This document shows positions 16,593-25,900 of a stretch of 43,136 nt of DNA, in pieces. The stretch is from a virus (lineage: Duplodnaviria; Caudoviricetes): the IMG/VR virus record IMGVR_UViG_3300026484_000486, positions 1 to 43,136 of that record; one strand, written 5' to 3'. Below the pieces are notes generated by a model. That model did no database searches, had not been told where the DNA came from, and worked only from the letters and a program-made list of their open reading frames with translations. How positions within the stretch are numbered: the first letter of the stretch is position 1; each line of letters starts with the position of its first letter. The position numbers and the translations under genes are program-made.

Positions 16593-17597
16593 ATGAAGAA
16601 AATATATAATCCAGATAGTACAGAGACACAAAACAAAGTAGTAAACGGGAACCCTACAGGAATTGCAAACTTTGTAAATCCATCAAGAGTTATTTATAAG
16701 ACTATATTCGAGGGACAGATAGCAAGATTTTGGAATCCTGCTACTGTTAATCTTGTTGCAGATAAAAAAGCAGTAAAAGGTTTAAGTGAAGCAGAATTTA
16801 GATCATATGAACTGACTTTTGGAAAATTAATCTTTAATGATAGTGTCATTACAAACAGACTTATGGACAACATAAACAACATCATCACAGATCCAATAGC
16901 AAATGCTTGTATTGCTTTTCAAAGTGGAGAAGAAGCACTTCATAGCTATTCGTATGCTTTTATTGGCGATGATGTTTTAGGAAGTACAGATATTTATGAA
17001 CTTTTTAGAAAAGATGATCAACTTAAATTACTTGCAAATAAAATTAATGCAAGATACAGTATCTTTGATGAACAAAGAGAGATAAGTGATGGAGAAAAAG
17101 CATTTGCAGCTATTGCAAACCTTTGTCTTGAAGGGGTAAGTTTTCCTGCCGGTTTCATAGTTGTATGGGCACTTGGTAGCAAAATGCAGGGAAGTGCAAG
17201 TATGATAACAGAGATTAGCCGTAACGAACTAGGATCACATTTGCCACTCTATGTAAATATCTACAATCATATAAAAGAAGATACAGGGATTAACATAGAT
17301 AAACTAGCAAGAGAAACAGTGATACAAGCAGGAGAAGATGAAAAAGAGTACCTTTTATACTCCACTAAGGGAGTAATGGGATTTAGTGAAAATTCTATAA
17401 ATAATTTTATGGATTGGATAGTGGATAGCAGACTAAGAGAGCTAGGGCTCAAAAGACTCCCTCAAACCATAAATATAAATGATGGACTCATCAAAATATT
17501 TAAGAGCTACTCGGAACTCAATGAAACGAAAACAAACTTTTTTGAGGGAACAGTAAAAAACTACTCAAAACAGAGTTTAGATATGGATGGCTTTTGA
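16593..17597 (+). CDS. nrdB: Ribonucleotide reductase class I beta (R2) subunit
   Basis: FW, D (FNDS), ExxH plus radical Tyr (EALHSYSY), LEG.SF, RNELGSH, C-terminal TNFFEG..NYSK. Confidence 0.9.
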   Translation: MKKIYNPDSTETQNKVVNGNPTGIANFVNPSRVIYKTIFEGQIARFWNPATVNLVADKKAVKGLSEAEFRSYELTFGKLIFNDSVITNRLMDNINNIITDPIANACIAFQSGEEALHSYSYAFIGDDVLGSTDIYELFRKDDQLKLLANKINARYSIFDEQREISDGEKAFAAIANLCLEGVSFPAGFIVVWALGSKMQGSASMITEISRNELGSHLPLYVNIYNHIKEDTGINIDKLARETVIQAGEDEKEYLLYSTKGVMGFSENSINNFMDWIVDSRLRELGLKRLPQTININDGLIKIFKSYSELNETKTNFFEGTVKNYSKQSLDMDGF

Positions 17598-18668
17598 TTA
17601 TTTTACAATAGTATCTATAACTCCACTAGCCATTTCACTAGACTTCAGATAGTTCATAGTGAGATACTTCTTAATTGTATTGGGGTCATTATGCCCTAAT
17701 GCACCACTAAGATGAATACTGTCAAAACCTTGCTCTGCCATAGCAGAAACTATTACATTCCTAAGATAGTGAATTCCAAAATTATTATCGCCTAGGCGTT
17801 TTTTGAGTTTATCTGTTACTCGCCTTATATCTACTATATGATGCCCGGTAATCCTAGATTCAAACACCCATCCGCTCTCATTTTTAAAAAACTCTAAATT
17901 TTCTTTTATGACATTTGGTAAAAAGATTTTTTGCTCTTCATTATTTTTGGTGTCTCTCAAAATATAATAGTTGTTTTTAAAATCTATATCTTCCCATCTA
18001 AGCGAAAGTATCTCGCCCCGTCTTCTGCCTTGTAAAGCAAAAAGAAATAAAGAAAGATAAAACGGATCATCTCCAAACTCGTCATATATAGCTTTGTGAA
18101 TTTTAAGGAGTTCTTCACTTGCATGAGATACTATCTTTTTTGTTTTTGGGAGTTTTATTTTTATTCCATCTAACGGATTAAAAGATATAAGCCTGTTTGC
18201 TATTGCATTTTTAAATGCCGGAGCTAAAACTTCAAGAGTCTGTTTAATGGTACGAGGGGACAATCCTTTTTCTTCTTGAAATTTTATAGAATTTCTAATG
18301 TGCAATTGCCTCAAATCTACAACACGCTTCATTCCACAAATCGGTTTTATGTATCGTTCATAGTGACTGATTCTTATTTTAGTGTAGTTTGTGTCTGGCT
18401 GCTGTTCAAAAAACTTTTCCATAAAGTCGTTAAGTGTTATCTTTTCATTCAGTACAGTATCTTTCTTTTTATACTTTATAGAAATAAGTTCTGACTTTGC
18501 AAAGGTTATTCTATCTTTTTTATTCCATGAACTCTTTTCTCTTAAATCAATAAGTCCTCTATACCTCTTCTTTTCAAACATAAAATTATAAAAAAATACA
18601 GTATATTTACCATTTGCCCACAAATTGTTTTCAACTTTATGAGGATAATCTTCTTTATTAATAGCCAC
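17598..18668 (-). CDS. int: Phage integrase (tyrosine recombinase)
   Basis: 356 aa; R (GRRRGEI), K (TKN), HYLR, LGH, Y (KKYL); adjacent to arm repeats and att core. Confidence 0.95.
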   Translation of the reverse strand: MAINKEDYPHKVENNLWANGKYTVFFYNFMFEKKRYRGLIDLREKSSWNKKDRITFAKSELISIKYKKKDTVLNEKITLNDFMEKFFEQQPDTNYTKIRISHYERYIKPICGMKRVVDLRQLHIRNSIKFQEEKGLSPRTIKQTLEVLAPAFKNAIANRLISFNPLDGIKIKLPKTKKIVSHASEELLKIHKAIYDEFGDDPFYLSLFLFALQGRRRGEILSLRWEDIDFKNNYYILRDTKNNEEQKIFLPNVIKENLEFFKNESGWVFESRITGHHIVDIRRVTDKLKKRLGDNNFGIHYLRNVIVSAMAEQGFDSIHLSGALGHNDPNTIKKYLTMNYLKSSEMASGVIDTIVK

Positions 18669-18692
18669 AATATAATCCCTACTTTATATTAA

Positions 18693-18728
18693 TTAGGTGT
18701 TCACTTAGGTGTTCACTTAGGTGTTCAC
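18693..18728. repeat. Integrase arm-type sites, left: 3 x TTAGGTGTTCAC
   Basis: Exact 12-bp tandem repeats directly upstream of int. Confidence 0.85.
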
Positions 18729-18832
18729 TTTAAAGATAAAAGTATATCTAAATAGAGATAAATATAGAAATCAATCATCATAAAATAGGCGTATATAGGG
18801 GATAACATAGCAATATATAAAATAGCCTCTTT

Positions 18833-18842
18833 GGCTCATAAC
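18833..18842 (+). other. attP core GGCTCATAAC (tRNA-CAT anticodon loop)
   Basis: Lies between two clusters of arm repeats and shares GCTCATAACGG with the anticodon arm of the adjacent tRNA. Confidence 0.75.
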
Positions 18843-18902
18843 GGAATTGTGAGAAGTATGGTAAAGCCCTAAAACATAGGCTTTAAAAGGTTTTAATTTT
18901 AT

Positions 18903-18926
18903 TTGGGTGTTCACTTGGGTGTTCAC
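18903..18926. repeat. Integrase arm-type sites, right: 2 x TTGGGTGTTCAC
   Basis: One-base variant of the left arm repeat, same orientation. Confidence 0.85.
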
Positions 18927-18940
18927 TTTGTTTTCTAAGT

Positions 18941-19017
18941 GGGTTGTTAGCTCAGTTGGTTAGAGCTCGCCGCTCATAACGGCGCGGTCGAGTGTTCGAG
19001 TCACTCACAACCCACCA
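18941..19017 (+). tRNA. tRNA with CAT anticodon, non-initiator (Ile2-lysidine or elongator Met), encoded CCA
   Basis: Full cloverleaf: GGGTTGT/ACAACCC acceptor, GCTC/GAGC D stem, CGCCG-CTCATAA-CGGCG anticodon arm, GAGTG-TTCGAGT-CACTC T arm, ACCA end; G1-C72 pair excludes fMet. Confidence 0.95.
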
Positions 19018-19678
19018 CTTTATTACTTTCAATTACTTTTTCTTTTTCCTGTTTCATTAACTGCTCAAGCTGTTCAACACTCATTTCATTAAGATCTTCT
19101 ATGTTGTAGTCACCATTATTATTAAATATAACAGTATCCGGTGATTTACCAAATCGCGCCTCTTTTGCAAGCTTATGAATCTCACTGCTCGCTTTAATGT
19201 CTGCCTGCTTTATTTTCGTAACATCTTTTTTAACTTGATTAGAAAGTACAATGCTACTCAACATTGAGTTCTTAAACATTTGGGCATCAAAGTAATCAGC
19301 TTGTACGGAAGCAAGTAGTGTTATGTCGGCTTCTGCTTTTGCCTGCAGTTCTGCATTACTGTTTGAAAGATTCAGTATTCCATTTACTTCTATCTCTCCA
19401 TCTTTTGTAACACCATGATACTTAGTAATTCGATTTTTCATCTCATCATAAACACTCGTAGCTTCTAACTCTTTTCTTAACTGCTTTGCTGTCTGTTCTA
19501 CTTTACCTGCCTTAGAACCTTTTAACCATATGCCACCATACTCTTCTCGATCATCATTCTTCCAATCACTCAGTGTTGCAAGTCCTACATTTTCCTGCTT
19601 AGATATATCGCTCAAAGTCATATTCATAACTTCAAACAAAGCTCTACATCTAAATCTTATCTCAACATCCCAAGCCAT
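19001..19678 (-). CDS. Putative terminase small subunit
   Basis: N-terminal HTH (TLSDISKQENVGLATLSDWK), central helices, C-terminal DLNEMSVEQLEQL pattern typical of TerS; last codons overlap the tRNA 3' end. Confidence 0.55.
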   Translation of the reverse strand: MAWDVEIRFRCRALFEVMNMTLSDISKQENVGLATLSDWKNDDREEYGGIWLKGSKAGKVEQTAKQLRKELEATSVYDEMKNRITKYHGVTKDGEIEVNGILNLSNSNAELQAKAEADITLLASVQADYFDAQMFKNSMLSSIVLSNQVKKDVTKIKQADIKASSEIHKLAKEARFGKSPDTVIFNNNGDYNIEDLNEMSVEQLEQLMKQEKEKVIESNKVVGCE

Positions 19679-19963
19679 TTATTTTCCCTCTCTATCAAAA
19701 GCATCTAAAAACATAAGGTTACATGCGGCATGATATAAATGCGAGACACCTGTCTCTTCATCACACTTATTCCCCTGCAAGTAGTCATATATATGTCTTA
19801 ACAGTGCATCTTCGTATCTTTGTCTGTCTTCACACTTTTTCCAATTTCCAACGCTGTACTTCTTAGCACCAATCGTTAAAACTTTTGCAGTTCCTTTTAT
19901 AAATTGTGGTTCTATGAGAGAGAGCATTATCTTCCCATTATCATCTTTTGCAAATTCACTCAT
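19679..19963 (-). CDS. dATP/dGTP diphosphohydrolase domain protein (DUF5664-like)
   Basis: K.D.GK...SL, VLTIGAKKY...NWKK, YEDALLRH, DEETGVSHLYHAACNLMFL. Confidence 0.88.
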   Translation of the reverse strand: MSEFAKDDNGKIMLSLIEPQFIKGTAKVLTIGAKKYSVGNWKKCEDRQRYEDALLRHIYDYLQGNKCDEETGVSHLYHAACNLMFLDAFDREGK

Positions 19964-19964
19964 C

Positions 19965-22900
19965 TTATTTTCCCTCCTGTATCTTTTTCAACTGTTTTTC
20001 TATCTGTGTTGTAATTATTTGTAGCTCTTCATTCTTTTTATCATAAGCACTTTTTATCATACGTTCTTTTTGTGCTTTAGATAACTTCTTATCATATTTT
20101 GTAGTTTCAACACCTACTTTGATTTTTGTGAGCGTTCTATTTACTTTTTTCAACATAATGTCTAAAACAAAATATGCTTGATTCTCTTTAGAAGACATAT
20201 ACTCTTTTACATTTTTTCCTTTATCTATAAAAGCCTCTTTCTTCTTTTTATTAAAACTTGCTTTTACTGCACTTGCTTTTTGCATAAGCTCATAATATTT
20301 CTCAGTATATTTTGTGCGAGTATCTACAGGCTTGCCTCGAAATCTGTATGTTAAAAACTCTATCGGGTTACGAGCAAAAGGTCTTTCCCCCCACGCTTTT
20401 TTATTCCATAACATATTTTCAGTAGCCTCTTCAACCATTTTTGCAGTAAGCCCAAGATAACCATCAACATAATGCTGCATTTTAATAGGACTCGCCCCGG
20501 TTGCTTTTCCTACTTCTTTATAAAGTAACGGAGTTGTTGCAAAATACTGATCACTTAAATCATCAAGATTTTGCATATAGTGAGGTATTATCTGCGCTCC
20601 TGTCCAATTCTTATTTGTCATGTCTTCAAGTATAGGCTGAAAAAGTCCACTCACATCACCAACACTAAACATTGTTTTTGCGCTCCACATAAAATCTGTT
20701 GCAGCTTCTTTTCCATGCTTTGTGTATATTCCATCTGCTACTATTTCCGGTATTGCAGAAAATGCAAAACCTATGTCGTATGGTCTTGGAATTTTTATAT
20801 GCTTGTCTCCAACAAAAAAGTGCCAATATAAAAGCTTTTCATCTCGAGTTAGTTTTTTATATCTGTCATCATCTCTGTTTTGCAACCAAAGAGCAAGGGT
20901 AAAACCTACGATCATTCCACCCGTAGCATAGATTTTTATCTTGTGTCTTTGTATCTCTCCGAGTTGATTTTTAAATTTAACAGCGTTGCTAAATTTCATT
21001 TCTCCACTTATAGTAAATATTCTTCTTGCTGTTTTGTCTATTCCTACTATTCCTGCTTTCATAAATGGAACAGTAGCCATAAACCCACTTAATGCTCTAT
21101 CGCTGCCTTTTATTGCGAAATCTGTACTCACTTCTCTCGCTTCAAAAGCACTTTGCATATTGCTTTTCCCTGCTTTTTTTGAGAGTTCAAAATCTCCAAC
21201 TCTAGTGCCATACTCAAATATATCCGCACCATATTCCATAGCACTTATTACTCTTGAAAGAACATTAAAACCACGAGCTACTTTTAACATCTCCATAGCT
21301 TGTGACTCGCCGCCAAGAGAAGTTCTCCGTGTTCCATATCCTGCACCACTTGCCATAAATTCTTTATATACCTTGCTTTGTGATATAAAATGATACATCC
21401 CTTTTAAACTTGTATAAACAGGTATAAATTTATTTTTACTTAATACTCCTGCACTTACCGTATCTCTTGTAAAGTTTGTAAGATAAAAGAGAGGATTGTT
21501 TGTAATATTCCAAGTCATAATGTTTTTTATGCTCATCATTGCTTGAACCGCATAATTATATTGCTCTCCTCTAAAAGATGTGAGGGCATCCACAAGTGCA
21601 GCATCTTTTGTTTCAAAATATACTCTCGTATCATTTATGATCACACTGTCTATATAACTGCTTCCATCTCCAACCGGTGGATGACCGTGAGTCCAAAACT
21701 CCAATGCAGCAGGATTGTCTAAAAGATTTTGCTCTATTTCACTCACATCAACTATAAGGTCACTCTGCATATCTCCACTGAGTATTTGCCCGTCTTTTGA
21801 AACTGTTACACCAAGTTCAGCCATTATCTGCGCTACTTTTTTCGCTTGTTGTTGCAAATCACTTTTCACGAGTTTGTCTGCACTGCTTATCTTTGTAGCA
21901 TATACACCACCCATGTTGCTTTTCTCTAACATTTCATAAAACTTTGTTTTCCCTCGGGAAATTAAAGCCTCTTTGATGTTTGCTTCAAGACCGTCTAAAA
22001 TATTCTCCATAATGTTTCCAAGAGAATGTGTTCCACCTGTAAGGCGTTTTCCTATAGCAGCACTTCCAACACCGCCATTTTGAATGGACTCTATAACACG
22101 GTTAAAAGGAACATAGTTTTTATTCATCTCTCTAAAATTAGCTCTTTGAGACGTTGTTATAAGATTCATGTCCACATAAAAATCAAGCATCTTGTTGTTG
22201 AACTCTTGATAATCATCAAACACATCTAAAAATTCAGGGTATTGTTTTTCAAGTTGTAACCCTGCTTCTATCTCATCTTTTGTTATAAGGTTCTCTCTTC
22301 CTTGCGCCATCAACTCTTTTGCTCTTTTTGCCACAAGGTAATCGCTAAAGAGTCTTACTCTCTCTTCGCCTTGACTTGTAACAGGTTCAAGCACTGCATT
22401 AAACGACTTGCCACTGTATGTAATGTCTCCGTTTTCTTTTACAGTAGGTACACCAAAATTCATTGTAGAATGGAGTATGGAACTCACACCATTAACAAGT
22501 TGTAGCGACTTGTAAGCACTATCCATAGCATCACCGCTTACATCGCCTTTTATCTCTGCCTCAATACGTTTGATAGTATGTAGTCTGTCTATAACCTTTT
22601 GTCTTATATCTCTGCTTATCTCTTTTTGGCTACGCTCTATTTTCTTAGCTGTCTTGTTGAGCTTCCCACCTTGTTTGGAACGTAAAGATACATCACTTCC
22701 TTGATAATAAAATTGATGCATACCCTCTTGAAGTCTTGTGAGCTTGTCATGCAATGTTTTATCACTTGCAAGTTTTGCTTCAAAATCTGCTAACATATTT
22801 GGAGCAACAGATTCAAGTATATTGTAGTTCGTGAGATAAAGTCTTATAAACTCTGCAAACCCTTCACTAATAGATAATTTTGGATCTGTTGTATAACTGA

Positions 22901-25900
22901 GTGCTTTTACCTCTTCTTTGTTTTTGAGTATTGCAAGTCTAAAGAAACTCCCCTTTGCTTTCTTACTAGGATTTTTATAAAAGTAGTCTAGGTAGTGAGC
23001 CATCTCATGCGCCATTATTTCAACGTCACTATAATTTTTAACACGAATAGCACTGTCATCTCTCTTGTAAATACCAAGAGCACTTTTACCTTTTATCTTT
23101 CCATCATAAAGACGGTTACCGATTATATCGCTCATATAAACACGAATAGAATCTGCATTCATAGGCTCGTCAATAGTAGGAAGTGCTATCGCTTTTGCAC
23201 CAATATAGAGAACATCTCCGATAGGTCTCTCTGGCAACCCACTAAAACTGTAACACGGTACATAATTTACACCGGCTTCATCATATCCATTCGCTCTTGC
23301 ATAACTGTTTGTTGCTTCTGTTTCTTGAAGAACTGACTTTTTCAAGTTATTTTTGCTCTCTATTTTAAGTTCAGTAGTAGCATCTAAAGTTTTGCCGACA
23401 ACAGGAGTTCGCATAAAACTTGTATTTGCTTCTGTGCTAGTATCATTGTTTTCACTCTCAAGTATCTGCTGCTCTGTATAAGCCTCTTTGATTTTTTCAA
23501 TAGCAACATTTTTTGCATCATGTGTAAACTCATCGGTAATAAATTTTGTTTGTGCTATCTGGTCTGTTTGCTGTTTCTCTCTCTCTTTGAGCTTTGCCTC
23601 AATCTCTTTTATCTCATCTTCATACTCTTTGATGGTGTTAAAATACTTCGCTTTTCTTTCATTAAGCCCATCTATATGCTTTTGTAGTTTTTGTGCTTTC
23701 TCCTGCGCATCTTTGATATTCTCATACTTAGGAAGATTTTTTTCTTTAAGATTTTCATCTATGCCGTCTATTGCATTTTTGTAGTTTTGTATAGAACCTT
23801 TTTTTATCTCTATATCAGATTTTAATTTTTCTACAATGTTGCGTAAATTATTTGCATCTACTACTGCATTGTCAATGACTCTCTGTTTTCTCAGCCGCTC
23901 TCTCTCAAAAGGATCACTCTCCAAGTCTATTATCGCTTGATACGGATCAGTTGTGTTCGTGTTGCTTATTGAAGAGACACCATCCTCAACATCTATATCA
24001 CTATTATCTGTAAATCCATATATATCATTAAATCCTCGTTTTGCTATTACAATGTCATAACTTCTTTTGTCAAATGTCCCAAGTTGAAAAAATTGATGTA
24101 CACGTACAGATGCGTTTTCATTTCCTTGTCTCACACCTCTATTGCTCCTTTGTTCTATCTCATCTGGACGGAATGGAATATCAAGCTGATATATGTCCGT
24201 TGTTTTTTTATTGAGATCTACACCAACACCAAGCTTTGAAGTATTTCCTATTATTACTTTTATCTTCCCGTCATTATACATATCCATTATCTTGTTAAGC
24301 ATATCAGGCTTGATTGAGCCTTTCGACACTTTCCCAGTATTAGGGTTTACAAATCCACCGCCATTAACAAAGACGACTTCATTGTCATCATACAAGCCAC
24401 TTGCAAGTATCTTGCTTCGTATCTCTTCATGCGTACTTGTAGTAGTACCGTCTGCATTTTTTACAGTCAATCTGTCAAGAAATATTATCTGCCCACTGTT
24501 TGAATTCTTTTTATACTGCTTGGAAACAAGCTCTATTGTTTTTTCTATTTTGTTGTTTTCTGCTGACTGTTCATTTTCTTCTATCAGCTTCGCAAGGTCA
24601 TCTGGAGATAATTGTGATTTTCCTTTTTTACCAACATCATACAAACGCAAATCAATACTCGCACTTCTTCCTGCTCCCATAGCGACAAGTGGTATCTCTA
24701 CATTTTCAGGCAATTCCTGTCCGCTTTTTACTTTTTTTCCATCTTCTATGGCTTGAAGCAGTCTATGCTGCACATCGCCAAATATAACCTCTCCTGCTTT
24801 TGAAAGTTTTAAGTAGTGCTGCACATCTATCTGCTTAGGTCGTGGTAAGTCTGGCATAGACTCAAAACCTTTGTAGTCCACAAATCTATCAAGTATCTTT
24901 GATAACCAGTCAAGGTTTTTCATGCTCGCTAAACCTTCACGCTTTACTATCTTACCAGTTGAGTCTGTAGTCTCATAATTTTCTATATCATAAAATGTAT
25001 CGACAAAATCTTTAGAACTCTCAATGCCGTACTCTTTTAGTATATTTTCATCAAGATGTTGCAAAAGCGTATAAAGTTCAAGTGGTTTGTTTGGTGTTGG
25101 TGTTCCTGTAAGCAGTATTACGTTGTTTCCATTATTGTGTTGAGAAACATATTTACTTTTAAATCTAAAGTCATAACTTCTCATACTCCCCAGTGTTGCA
25201 CTGTATGGCTGCGCTCCCTCTTTTATATCCTTTGTTGTAAGGGCTTTACCGCTTTTTGAGAAGTATTTTATAGAAACAGTTGCACCAAGTCCACCTTTTA
25301 CATCATTGCCCTGCATTCCTATATTTTTATAGTACTGCACTTCATCTGCTATAAGTCCATCAAAACCAAGCTTTGCAAAATCAAACTCTACATCTCCACC
25401 ATATGCAGCTCTTAGCCCATTCTTTAGTGCTTGTCTTTTGTTCTCAGCACTTACTATTTCTTTTTGCTTTTTCTTGCTTGCACCTTCCTCTACGTCTTCA
25501 GCTTTTATCATCTGTGCTACTAAATCATCTACATAATCACTCAGCACTTCACTAGGCAGTCCAAACTTTTGAAACATTGTATCGCCTATGATTGTAAAGT
25601 CATAACGATTATTTGCAAGGTCAAAAGCCATCTGCTCTTTTTCATCCTTACTTAACTGTGTCCACTCTTTAGCATTTCCTTTGTTTTTCCCTGTTTTTAC
25701 TTTTGGAAATTCAAATACACTTGCATCTGGATAAAGTTCCTTAATTGTATCTTCCCACTGTGCTATTGTATTTACAGGAACTACAAAAAGAGGTTTTTTC
25801 ATTACACCCTGATCAAGAAGATTTTTTACAGCAACTACGGCTGTGATTGTTTTTCCACCACCAGGAGCAAAGGCTAGGACTCCTTTTTTATTAAACACTA

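Noticed and set aside
18941-19017. tRNA as a host gene marking a prophage boundary (attL/attR)
   Set aside because: Phage genes lie on both sides and arm repeats flank a separate core upstream, which fits attP with a phage-borne tRNA.
19679-19963. Z-genome (2-aminoadenine) system
   Set aside because: No PurZ or dedicated polymerase recognised; the diphosphohydrolase alone is insufficient.
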